Shown here: piece by piece, positions 53,611 through 62,658 of the stretch
How the letters are laid out: every line of letters begins with the position of its first letter
Numbering within the stretch: position 1 is the stretch's first letter
Source of the DNA: Candidatus Binatus sp.
GTDB lineage: Bacteria > Desulfobacterota > Binatia > Binatales > Binataceae
Length of the DNA: 64,000 nt
Assembly (NCBI RefSeq): GCF_036567905.1
Contig: NZ_DATCTO010000012.1
Location: 55,347-119,346 of the forward strand
Direction of reading: 5' to 3'
Made by a program: the position numbers and the translations under genes
Notes under the pieces: model-generated
What the model was told of the DNA's origin: nothing
The model's database searches: none
What the model saw: only the letters and a program-made list of their open reading frames with translations

Positions 53611-54693
53611 CTACTTCGGCGGCGAGCCGGCAGGCGGCGGCTCAGCCTCCTCCCGCTCGATCATGTTCAGACGCGGCCCTCGCCCGGCGAATCCAAGATA
53701 GACATTTGCGCCAGCTGCAACAACTCGATTCGGATCGCGGCTCAAGGTCCGCAACTGTTCGACTGCATCTGGTGTCCCTATATCTCCCAGCACGCTGGCG
53801 GCAAACTCTCGCTGGTATGGGTTGTCGCTGTCCGCCCACTTTATCGCATCGGCCATCCCAGCATCCTTATCGATGCCTAGAAAGCGTTCGATCTTCGCGG
53901 CTTCCGCCTTGGCGCAGTCCAGGCTTCCGGTGAGTGTGACGGCTGGTGAGGCCGCTGGCGACGGAGAAGGCGGAGGTGCGGGGACGACTTGTGCGGCCCC
54001 AACCCCGTTCGAAGAAGCTGGCGAAGACTCCGTGGTAGACATTCGAGTTATCAGAACCGGAATCCTGTGCGCCACAGACCCCGGCGTTTGACTAGCCGCC
54101 GGCGCTTGCGCCTCTTCAGAATGAGCGGCGATCTGTTCCTTCAGCGCGGCCAGCTCCTGCTCGTAATAGCTTGTGTACTGGCTGCTCACGTCGGTGTAAC
54201 CCTTGCCGGTCCAGGCATAGATTACGGGCCAAATGGCTACGCAGTGCATGGCTCCCAAGTAGGAAGTGAACTCCGTGGCCACTACCAGCTGGAACTGGCC
54301 GTTTCCCGCCAAATCTCTGACTTCCCAAGAACCCGGACGCGCAGGGGCAGCATAGCTCTCGAACCCGGACGGCGTTTTGTCAATTACCGATAGCTGGCAG
54401 TTCCTACCGTCTGAATAGGAAACAACTAATGACAGATTGCCGGAGTGGCGCAGGTCAGCAAACTGAGACGAGCATATGCCGAGTTGAAAAAGCTCGCCAC
54501 CGTCGGTGATCTCGTGAAGAAAGGCCAGCACCGCGTCATCGGACGGAGGATTGCTCGCCAAGCTATGCGGCGAGTTGACTGACCAATCGGCCGAGCCCAA
54601 GTCGGGTGGCGGAGAAGCCGTCTGGGCCCATCCGGATGACGATGATAGGCAGGCCAAGCAAAACGCTAGAACAACGGCTGTTATCTTGTTCAT
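53611..54693 (-). CDS. Secreted hypothetical protein (FG-GAP/VCBS-like motifs, linker, HEAT-like repeat); paralog of 51800-52912
   Basis: Signal peptide MNKITAVVLAFC...GWA-Q; FADLRHSGNLSLVV, VRDLAGNGQFQLVV; REFAASVLGDIG...LRTLSRDPNRVVAAGA. Confidence 0.8.
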   Translation of the reverse strand: MNKITAVVLAFCLACLSSSSGWAQTASPPPDLGSADWSVNSPHSLASNPPSDDAVLAFLHEITDGGELFQLGICSSQFADLRHSGNLSLVVSYSDGRNCQLSVIDKTPSGFESYAAPARPGSWEVRDLAGNGQFQLVVATEFTSYLGAMHCVAIWPVIYAWTGKGYTDVSSQYTSYYEQELAALKEQIAAHSEEAQAPAASQTPGSVAHRIPVLITRMSTTESSPASSNGVGAAQVVPAPPPSPSPAASPAVTLTGSLDCAKAEAAKIERFLGIDKDAGMADAIKWADSDNPYQREFAASVLGDIGTPDAVEQLRTLSRDPNRVVAAGANVYLGFAGRGPRLNMIEREEAEPPPAGSPPK

Positions 54694-54700
54694 TGGTTGC

Positions 54701-54722
54701 CGCAAATGTCGGTCAGAGCGCG
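54701..54722. repeat. Junction motif CGCAA-N6-GTCAGAGCGCG containing the gatA stop codon
   Basis: Same 16 fixed bases and the same spacing at 51736-51757 and 53512-53533. Confidence 0.85.
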
Positions 54723-56173
54723 GGGGTGCGCGGCTTGAATGCTCCCGTGCGCTCGAAGGCGTCGCCCGCGCGCAGGAGTGTTTCCTCGGCGAACGGCGGC
54801 GCGATCAATTGCATCCCAATCGGCAGATTATTCGAATCGTGGCCGCACGGAATCGACATCCCCGGCAGACCGGCCAGGTTGACCGAAATCGTAAAGATGT
54901 CCGACAGGTACATCGTCAGCGGATCGTTCATCTTCTCGCCGATCTTGAACGCGGTGGTCGGCGCAACCGGCGTGACGATCAAATCGCACTGCTCGAACGC
55001 GCGCTCGAAGTCGTTGCGAATCAGCGTGCGCACCTTTTGCGCCTTCAGATAGTAGGCGTCGTAGTAGCCCGCCGAGAGTGCGAAGGTGCCGAGCATAATG
55101 CGGCGCTTGACCTCGGCGCCGAAGCCGTGCGCCCGCGTGGTTTCGTACAGCGCGATATTATCCTCGGCGTTGACGCGCAGGCCGAAGCGGATACCGTCGT
55201 AGCGGGCGAGATTGGCGCTCGCCTCGGCGGTCGCGACCAGGTAATACGCCGCGATCGCGTAGCCGGTGTGCGGCAGCGAGATTTCGACGGTCGAGGCGCC
55301 CAGAGATTCGTAGCTCTTGAGCGCGGAGCGCACCGACTGTTCGACTTCGGGCTGCATCCCTTCGACGAAATATTCCCGGGGCACGCCGATTCGGAGTCCC
55401 TTGACGCTGCCCGTCAGCGCGCGTTCGTAGTCGGGCACCGGACGCGCCGAGCAAGTCGAATCGCGAGCGTCCTTGCCGGCCAGGGTGCGGAGGATTATCG
55501 CGGCGTCGCGCACCGATCGCGCAAACGGCCCGACCTGATCGAGCGACGACGCGTATGCGATCACGCCGTAGCGGCTGACGCGGCTGTAAGTCGGCTTGAT
55601 CCCGACCACGCCGCAGAACGACGCCGGCTCGCGAATCGATCCGCCGGTGTCGGTGCCGAGCGCACCCAGGCATTCGTGCGCCGCGACCGCGGCGGCGGAT
55701 CCGCCCGACGATCCGCCGGCGACGCGCGCGGTATCATGCGGATTCATCGTCGGCCCGAACGCGGAGTTCTCGGTCGAGGAGCCCATCGCGAATTCATCCA
55801 TGTTCGTCTTGCCGACGAAAACCGCGCCGTCGGCGCGCAGGCGCTCGATCACGGTCGCGTCAAACGGCGGCACGAACGTCTCGAGGATTCGCGACGCGCA
55901 GGTCGTGCGAATGCCTTTGGTCGCGTAAATATCCTTGATGCCGAGCGGAATCCCGCATATCGCCGGCGCGTTGCCCGCGCCGAGGCGAGCGTCGGCCGCG
56001 CGCGCCTGCTCGAGCGCCTCCTGCTCGCATACCGTGATGAACGCGTGGAGCCGGGGCTCGGCGGCGGCGATGCGGTCGAGGCAATCGCGCGTCAACTGCG
56101 TCGCGGTGATTTCGCGCGCGCGGAGCTTCGACGATGCGTCGGCGATTGTAAGTTTGTTCAGTTCCGATGCCAT
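54713..56173 (-). CDS. gatA: Asp/Glu-tRNA(Asn/Gln) amidotransferase subunit A
   Basis: [68 protein letters not shown]. Confidence 0.98.
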   Translation of the reverse strand: MASELNKLTIADASSKLRAREITATQLTRDCLDRIAAAEPRLHAFITVCEQEALEQARAADARLGAGNAPAICGIPLGIKDIYATKGIRTTCASRILETFVPPFDATVIERLRADGAVFVGKTNMDEFAMGSSTENSAFGPTMNPHDTARVAGGSSGGSAAAVAAHECLGALGTDTGGSIREPASFCGVVGIKPTYSRVSRYGVIAYASSLDQVGPFARSVRDAAIILRTLAGKDARDSTCSARPVPDYERALTGSVKGLRIGVPREYFVEGMQPEVEQSVRSALKSYESLGASTVEISLPHTGYAIAAYYLVATAEASANLARYDGIRFGLRVNAEDNIALYETTRAHGFGAEVKRRIMLGTFALSAGYYDAYYLKAQKVRTLIRNDFERAFEQCDLIVTPVAPTTAFKIGEKMNDPLTMYLSDIFTISVNLAGLPGMSIPCGHDSNNLPIGMQLIAPPFAEETLLRAGDAFERTGAFKPRTPAL

Positions 56174-56196
56174 GCAGGGGATTGTCAGCTAAGTTT

Positions 56197-56493
56197 CTAC
56201 TCGATTATTTTCGGCACTTTGAAGTAACCGCGCTCGCGCGAAGGCGCGTTCGCGAGCATCGCGTCCGCGTCGGGCCGGTTGGTCACCTCGTCGTCGCGCA
56301 TGGGCGTGCCGGCCTCGCCGACCTGCGTGGTCGGCGCGACATCTTTGGTGTCGAGTTCGTTCAATTTATCAACGTAGGCAAGCATTTCGTCCATGTCGGC
56401 GCGCAGGCGCTCTTCCTCTTCCGGCGACCATTTCAGGCGCGCCAGACGCGCGACGTGGCGCACCTGCTCGAGGGTTATTTTTGTTCCAGCCAT
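56197..56493 (-). CDS. gatC: Asp/Glu-tRNA(Asn/Gln) amidotransferase subunit C
   Basis: ITLEQVRHVARLARL, MRDDEV, NAP...GYFKVPKIIE. Confidence 0.95.
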   Translation of the reverse strand: MAGTKITLEQVRHVARLARLKWSPEEEERLRADMDEMLAYVDKLNELDTKDVAPTTQVGEAGTPMRDDEVTNRPDADAMLANAPSRERGYFKVPKIIE

Positions 56494-56576
56494 CGCGATT
56501 GCGGGCAAATGGTAACATTCCGCGCGTTCCATGTCAGGGCCGCACATAACTAACGCCGGACGCCGGAGCGTCCGTC

Positions 56577-56664
56577 GAGATTCTTCGCTACAGCAGCTTT
56601 CGCTCAGAATGACCCGAGTGGCCGCTCGCTTCTTTGTGTCATCCTGAGCAAGGCGAAGGATCTC
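56577..56664. repeat. REP-like element pair (GCTCAGAATGAC / GTCATCCTGAGC)
   Basis: Inverted GCTCAGrATGAC...GTCATyCTGAGC arms; same family as 30568, 61396 and 62510-62680. Confidence 0.75.
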
Positions 56665-56749
56665 GCGCGCCAGCGCGTCTTGCTCCAGCATCAACATCCG
56701 GTTATGCAAAGTTCTCCTTACAGGGAGAGGAAAATAAACAGGACAGCTT

Positions 56750-57193
56750 TTGCGCGGGGTGTTGACGCGCTTGAAATCGAAATCGAAAATTGGCGCGATT
56801 TTTCAACATCCTGCCCGGGCGGTGGCGTGGCTGGCTGCGCTGCGCGGAGCGGGCGCGCTGGGGCGGCGCGGCGAGCACGCTGCTGAAAAGCATCTGCGGC
56901 GCAATGGGTACCGGATCGTCGCGAGGAATTTTCGCGCCGCCGGAGCGGAAATAGATCTGGTCGCGATCGACGGCGAGACGCTGGTCTTCGTCGAGGTGAA
57001 GACGCGGCGCTCGCGTGCGGCGGGCGCGCCCGAAGAGGCCGTCGATGAGCGCAAGCAAAAGCGGATGCGGCGCGCGGCGGAAGCGTTTGCGACGCGTTAT
57101 CGCGCCGACGAAATCGAGATGCGCTTCGACATTATCGCGGTTGACGCGTCGGGCAAGCGGCTGGAAATTGAACTGCTGAGGAACGCATTCTGA
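56750..57193 (+). CDS. yraN: YraN-family (UPF0102) protein
   Basis: GRRGEHAA..HL...GYRIVARNFR...EIDLVA, LVFVEVKTR, RFDIIAV. Confidence 0.9.
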   Translation: MRGVLTRLKSKSKIGAIFQHPARAVAWLAALRGAGALGRRGEHAAEKHLRRNGYRIVARNFRAAGAEIDLVAIDGETLVFVEVKTRRSRAAGAPEEAVDERKQKRMRRAAEAFATRYRADEIEMRFDIIAVDASGKRLEIELLRNAF

Positions 57194-58684
57194 ATGCTGG
57201 ATATCAAGCTGATTCGTGAACGGCCCGATTTCGTAAAGGGCGAACTGGCCAAGCGCGGGATCGATCCCGCTGAAGTCGATCGACTGCTCGAGGCCGACCA
57301 GAAGCGCCGAAAGCTTCAAGGCGAACTCGACCAAATCCGAGCCAACCGCAAGCGGCGGGCAAGAGAGGTCGGCAAGCTGCCGCCGGCCGAGCGCGCGGCC
57401 GAGATCGCCAAGATTCGCGCCGAGGAAGCCGACGAAGAGAAGTTGACCAAGCTTTCCACCGGCTCATCGTCGGCAGGTGAAGCGGCAGATGCCGGCAGCC
57501 CATTGCTGGAATTGGGCGCTCAACTCGGTCTCGCAGAGCGCAAGGTCGAGGAGCTGGCGCTTACTCTCCCCAACATCCCGCGGCCGTACGTCGTCGCCGG
57601 CGCGAGCGAGGCCGACAACCGCGTGATCAAAACCGAGGGGACGGCGCGGGAGTTCACCGCGTTCAAGCCGCTCCCGCATTGGGAAATCGGCGAGAATCTC
57701 GGAATCATCGATTTCGATCGCGGAGTAAAACTCTCGGGCACGCGTTTCTACGTGCTGAGCGGCGCGGGCGCGAGGCTCGAGCGCGCGCTGATCGCGTGGA
57801 TGCTCGACGTCAAGACGCAGGAGCAGGGATACCTCGAAATAATCCCGCCGTTGATGGTGAATACTGAGACTGTCACGAGCACGGGGCATTTTCCAAAGAA
57901 CGCTGACACGATGTACCGCGATATAGAAGATGACTTCTGGTTTATCCCGACCGCCGAGGTTCCGCTGACCAGCCTCCATCGCGACGAAACCCTCGACGAA
58001 AGCGTCCTGCCGATTTACCTGACCGCCTACACGCCGTGCTTCAGGCGCGAGAAGATGTCGGCCGGGCGCGACGTGCGCGGTATCAAGCGAGGGCATCAGT
58101 TCGACAAAGTCGAGATGGTCAAGCTGGTCCGCCCGGAAACGTCGGACGACGAATTTCACAAGATGGTGAACGATGCCTCGGAGATCTGCCGGCGGCTGAA
58201 AATTCCGTTTCGCGTGGTCGAGCTATGCACGGCGGATCTGAGTTTCGCCAGCGCGGTGACTTACGATCTGGAGCTGTGGGCGCCGGGATGCGGCGAATGG
58301 CTCGAGGTCAGCTCCATTTCGAACTGCACGGACTTCCAGGCGCGCCGCGCGAAGATTCGCTTCAAGACCAAGGGCGGCAAGCCCGAGCTGGTGCATACAT
58401 TAAATGGTTCAGGGCTGGCGTTGCCGCGGACTCTGATCGCGGTGCTGGAGAACTACCAGAACGAGGACGGCAGCGTGACGATTCCCGAGGTCTTGCGGCC
58501 GTACATGGGCGGAGTGGACAGGATACGGCAGGGGGGACCCCTGCACCCGGTATTAAGGCCGCCCGCCGTTGGCGGGCGCGGCCCCTGCCAACGGCTTAAT
58601 ACTGCGCTGCCGTCGCCACGGCCAGGGGCCAGTCCCTGCACCCTGGCCAGGATTTCTTCTCTCCTCATTCATACCGTTGATTGA
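57194..58684 (+). CDS. serS: Seryl-tRNA synthetase with atypical C-terminal extension of about 50 aa
   Basis: LIPTAEVP-like FIPTAEVPL, FRREKMSAGRD, RGHQFDKVEMV, EVSSISNCTDFQARR, HTLNGSGLALPRT, IPEVLRPYMGG. Confidence 0.97.
   Translation: MLDIKLIRERPDFVKGELAKRGIDPAEVDRLLEADQKRRKLQGELDQIRANRKRRAREVGKLPPAERAAEIAKIRAEEADEEKLTKLSTGSSSAGEAADAGSPLLELGAQLGLAERKVEELALTLPNIPRPYVVAGASEADNRVIKTEGTAREFTAFKPLPHWEIGENLGIIDFDRGVKLSGTRFYVLSGAGARLERALIAWMLDVKTQEQGYLEIIPPLMVNTETVTSTGHFPKNADTMYRDIEDDFWFIPTAEVPLTSLHRDETLDESVLPIYLTAYTPCFRREKMSAGRDVRGIKRGHQFDKVEMVKLVRPETSDDEFHKMVNDASEICRRLKIPFRVVELCTADLSFASAVTYDLELWAPGCGEWLEVSSISNCTDFQARRAKIRFKTKGGKPELVHTLNGSGLALPRTLIAVLENYQNEDGSVTIPEVLRPYMGGVDRIRQGGPLHPVLRPPAVGGRGPCQRLNTALPSPRPGASPCTLARISSLLIHTVD
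58527..58646. repeat. 97-bp TTAA-hairpin repeat plus a second partial hairpin, overlapping the serS 3' end
   Basis: Aligns with the reverse complement of 43716-43812. Confidence 0.88.
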
Positions 58685-58743
58685 CGCTCTATTGTCCTCG
58701 CCCTGCGAAGGAGAAAGCGAAGGTGACCGAGAGCGACGCGACC

Positions 58744-61161
58744 TCAGGGAGTAGAAATTTCGTATACATGAGCCCCATAAGGATCAAATGTATCGGTGAA
58801 GCTACTGCCGGAAAGGGTTACGCTGCGGGACTCATTATAGACATTGACCAAGCTGGGAGCTTGGCTCCAGGTGAAAGCGGCGGTGGTAGTGGCATTGGTG
58901 TAGTTGGAGGCGATGAGGTAACCCTTGCCGTTCGCATATTTGACCCTGGTACGGATGCCGGAGTTTGAATTGCCGGCCAATAAATCGTTCCTGTCGACGG
59001 AAGACAGGGCCGGCTGCAGCGAGTCAAGCTCCGTGATCACGGCCTGGAGATTGTCGAAGTTGTCTGTCTTGGCCTGGCACCACGTAGGATTGGCGACAGC
59101 AGCACTGCTGGTTGGCGAGTGGTATGCATCAATGCCACTGCAAATAGTGGCCAACGCATTGTTGCCCATGCTCCAATACATCACGCCGTTAGACCCTTCG
59201 GCAATGCCCATATATGACATGTCCCGCAACTCGGTTCGGGTAGGCCAGCGGCCCTTATACGTGTCCTGGAAAAACTGGATAACCGTAACAATAGGCCGGG
59301 AGCTTCGCATCGTGGCTTTGACGGCAGCGGTAGCATCAGCTACCTCGTACAATGGGTATCCGCCAACTGGCTCGGTGCTATAGAGGGGATACACGTCCGT
59401 AGCTACGACATCCAGAACATCCCGCCAATAGTACATCCTGTTTTGGGTATCACCCCCGGTGCCCCAATTAATACCATCTGGCTTAAAGCTCTTGAATCTG
59501 TTGGCTCTGATTAAAGACGGCGCTGCTAGAGCAGGTGCGCATTCATCCATAATATACGTTCCTCCCAGATGACTTATTCCAGCCAAGGCCGAAAGGTATG
59601 CGTCGTCGGTGTCGGCCGGGTAAGCCGCCGGAGAAAGATTGGCAGAGAAGCAGTTATTGCTATGACTATAATAAATGCCGTGAGCCCGCAAAGCGGTCAC
59701 TAACGCTCGCACGGAACGCGGCGATGCGCCCCAATACCATTCATTCAAGTAAAAATTAATAGGCAATTCATACAAGCGGTCAGTGGTGATTAAATAATTA
59801 TCCCAGTCGGAAACATTGCCATTCGCATTGATGTTTGCATCGTAGCTCGCGTCATACACGCCGAGCAAAAACTTGGATTGGCCGTTAAAAAGAATCTGGT
59901 TTTCGTCATTCACTGAAATAGCCATGCTGGCGCGGCGAGTGGGGCCAGCGACTTTGAAAACGCGATAGGGCGGATACTCGTAAACCGCGCTGCCATCGGT
60001 TGCCCGCACCAACTGAAATCTGACTAGGTACGTTCTGCCGTGAACCAAATCGCTGCCATCCAGCGCGGCTGTGAAGTCCACTGCTGAAGAAAACACTTGA
60101 TGGAGCACGACATTTTGATTGGTTTCATCGATGACGCTCGCATCCACGCTCCAATCGGAAAGTACGGTGCCCGCGGGAGGATTGACCTGTACGTCAAAGC
60201 TCATGGTTTGGGACTGGTCGTCAAACAAATAACCGCGGTAGTTGGGATAGCGCATAAAGGCGCTTATGGCTGGCGGGAGCTCTTCATGAACCTCGAGGTC
60301 GTCGAACCAGGCAGTCCCGTCCGGCTCGCCATACGCCTGAAGCAAAAGCCTGGCGGTGGTAGCCCCCGTGATAGGAATCGTAGCAACTTCAACCTGTTGC
60401 CAATCGCTGGTGCCTTTCAGGATGCCACTGCAAGCGGAGCCTAGGGAAGAATTTAAACAAATGCGCACGCCAGCGCCTTTCGTGGCAGCCATATTATTCA
60501 ATTTTATCCAGCCGCTGAACCGGTACGCACCCGCGCCTACGGGAATCTTTTGGTTGAAAGCATCGGAGATCGGCGTGAGGTTGGCATTATCGAGGCGCAA
60601 ACTGTTGGTACCGGAATGGGAAACGGTGGAGTCAATGCTAAAACCCGGCGTGCCCCACGTACCGCCAGTCCAGCCTATGGGCTTCCCGCCGGTACCCAGT
60701 TGTTCGAAACCAGGATTGGTTAAAAGGTTTGGTCCGAGCGAAACCGCGGGGTACCAGAGAAGCCCCCCGGCTACCAAGCCTTTCACGGAAGCAGGAGGCG
60801 CGGTTGGCGTCGCGGTCGCTGTCGGCGTTGCCGCGCCGGTTGGCGTGGCCGTTGCGGTCGATGTCGCCGTAGCCGTCGCGGTCGGCGTAAGCGTCACTTT
60901 GGCCAACGTCGAACCGCGGCCGTTCGTAATTGTGAACTCGCTGGAGTCAGCGCCATTGAGTTGAATAGTCAGTCCGGTAACCGGCTGATCGGTGACGCCG
61001 AAGACCAGATTGCCGAACGCGACGATGGCGGGAGCGACCGTCAGTCCTGCCGCCGAAGCGGGCGCCGGATAGGCTGCGCTCGTGGCGAGCAGCATCACCA
61101 ATGCCGCCGCGAGGGCATTCGCTCTGTACGAAACTATCTCGCCGTAACGCGCCTGAGACAT
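58744..61161 (-). CDS. Secreted modular protein: degenerate Ig-like domain, Thr/Ala linker, CBM4/9-like domain, putative glycoside-hydrolase-like TIM barrel
   Basis: Signal-like N-terminus; TPTATAT linker; NLLTNPGFE...SHSGTNSLRL...AWFDDLEV; DVVATDVYP, PTRTELRDMSYMGIAEGSNGVMYWS. Confidence 0.7.
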   Translation of the reverse strand: MSQARYGEIVSYRANALAAALVMLLATSAAYPAPASAAGLTVAPAIVAFGNLVFGVTDQPVTGLTIQLNGADSSEFTITNGRGSTLAKVTLTPTATATATSTATATPTGAATPTATATPTAPPASVKGLVAGGLLWYPAVSLGPNLLTNPGFEQLGTGGKPIGWTGGTWGTPGFSIDSTVSHSGTNSLRLDNANLTPISDAFNQKIPVGAGAYRFSGWIKLNNMAATKGAGVRICLNSSLGSACSGILKGTSDWQQVEVATIPITGATTARLLLQAYGEPDGTAWFDDLEVHEELPPAISAFMRYPNYRGYLFDDQSQTMSFDVQVNPPAGTVLSDWSVDASVIDETNQNVVLHQVFSSAVDFTAALDGSDLVHGRTYLVRFQLVRATDGSAVYEYPPYRVFKVAGPTRRASMAISVNDENQILFNGQSKFLLGVYDASYDANINANGNVSDWDNYLITTDRLYELPINFYLNEWYWGASPRSVRALVTALRAHGIYYSHSNNCFSANLSPAAYPADTDDAYLSALAGISHLGGTYIMDECAPALAAPSLIRANRFKSFKPDGINWGTGGDTQNRMYYWRDVLDVVATDVYPLYSTEPVGGYPLYEVADATAAVKATMRSSRPIVTVIQFFQDTYKGRWPTRTELRDMSYMGIAEGSNGVMYWSMGNNALATICSGIDAYHSPTSSAAVANPTWCQAKTDNFDNLQAVITELDSLQPALSSVDRNDLLAGNSNSGIRTRVKYANGKGYLIASNYTNATTTAAFTWSQAPSLVNVYNESRSVTLSGSSFTDTFDPYGAHVYEISTP

Positions 61162-61395
61162 TCGCCACCCACGACGAAGCGAAATCAGCGGTCGCTACAC
61201 TCTCACTTGAATTATAGCGCGTCAAGTACAATTAAAGCTGAAGCGTAAACTGCGAGTTGTGCTTGAGGTCGCCCGATGCTCGTCGCCGCCGGCAGGGGCC
61301 GCTCCCGTGCAATCATCACCCTCACCCGCGCCGCAGGCGCGGCCGTGTGTCGGTGACACCTTCCGCAACAAAGCGGACGAGGCAGGGCCCCTCGA

Positions 61396-61513
61396 CTTCG
61401 CTCAGGATGACACAAAAAACAGACACCACTCGCACATCCTCCCCTTAACCAGTTCTAACAGGGACGAAGTCCCGCATCTGTTCTTAACCCTGGGTGCAGG
61501 GGTCACCCCCTGC
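61396..61513 (+). repeat. 118-bp direct repeat, copy 1 (downstream of parB)
   Basis: About 90% identical by eye to 62659-62776. Confidence 0.92.
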
Positions 61514-61514
61514 C

Positions 61515-62456
61515 CTATGCGCGCAATGAGGCCCGCGAATTCCCCAGCAGCATCTCGGCGACCGCGGTCAGATCGTTATCGTCGTAGTAATCGATTTCGA
61601 TCCTTCCCGGACTTCGCCCGCGCCGCTTGAAAATTCTGACCTTGCGCTTGAGCGCGCGTTGCAGGCCCTCGGCCAGCGCGTTCAGATTGGCATCGGCCGC
61701 GGATCGCGCGGCTGCCGTTTTCGACGTGCGGGGGCGATGCGCCGTGGCCATCTCTTCGGCGCCGCGCGCCGAAATTCCGACCGCCGCGATCCGCCGCGCC
61801 GCCGACAGCTGCGCGTCGGGCGATTCGATCGCCAGCAGCGGCCGCGCCTGCCCCGCGCTGAGCTCCCCCTTGGCGATCATGTTCAGGATTGGCTGCGGCA
61901 GTTCCAGCAATCGAATCGTGTTGCCGACGTAAGGGCGGCTCTTGCCGACGCGCGCCGCGATTTCGTCGTGGGTCAGCGCGAAATGCTCGACCAGCCGGAA
62001 AAACGCGAGCCCTTCTTCGACCGCGTTCAGATCCTCGCGCACGATATTCTCGACCAGCGACATCTCCAGCGCCGCGCGATCGTCAAGCTCCCGCACCACC
62101 ACCGGAACCGCTTCCAGACCCGCCGCGCGCGCCGCACGCAGCCGCCGCTCGCCCGCGATCAGCTCGTAGCGCGGCCCCTCGATTTCCCCCGCCGCCGATT
62201 CGCCGGCGATCCGCCGCACGATCAGCGGCTCGATAATTCCCTGGCTCTGGATCGCGCGCGTAAGTTCGGCCAGCCGCTCCTTGTCGAAATTTATCCGCGG
62301 CTGAAACGGACCCGCCGTGATACTCGCGACCGGCGCCAGCTTGAATTGCGCTCCGCCGCCGCCGCTGTCATTCGCGTTGTCCGCGCCAGTTTCAATTCCC
62401 GCCGCCGCCGTGCCGATCAGCGCATCGAGCCCGCGTCCCAATGGTTTCCGCATCAT
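61515..62456 (-). CDS. parB: Chromosome partitioning protein ParB
   Basis: RKPLGRGLDALI, QPR..F, YELIAGERRLRAA, SLVENIVREDL, HTH GKSRPYVGNTIRLL. Confidence 0.96.
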   Translation of the reverse strand: MMRKPLGRGLDALIGTAAAGIETGADNANDSGGGGAQFKLAPVASITAGPFQPRINFDKERLAELTRAIQSQGIIEPLIVRRIAGESAAGEIEGPRYELIAGERRLRAARAAGLEAVPVVVRELDDRAALEMSLVENIVREDLNAVEEGLAFFRLVEHFALTHDEIAARVGKSRPYVGNTIRLLELPQPILNMIAKGELSAGQARPLLAIESPDAQLSAARRIAAVGISARGAEEMATAHRPRTSKTAAARSAADANLNALAEGLQRALKRKVRIFKRRGRSPGRIEIDYYDDNDLTAVAEMLLGNSRASLRA

Positions 62457-62494
62457 TCTCTTCGTCCTTTGTTATTCGCGATCGTGATCGCTTC

Positions 62495-62658
62495 CAGATT
62501 CCTCTCGGCGCCGCATCCGGAGTCCCTCGGCTCCGCTCGAGATGACACAAAGAGCGGACACCGCTTGTGTCATTCTGAGCCGTTGCGGCGAAGAATCTCG
62601 ACGGACACTCCGGCGTCCGGCGTCGGCGGACACGCGCTTACGCGCGCGAGTTCCTTCG
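62495..62658. repeat. REP-like cluster between parA and parB
   Basis: GCTCGAGATGACACA...TGTGTCATTCTGAGC...GCGAAGAATCTC arms. Confidence 0.7.
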
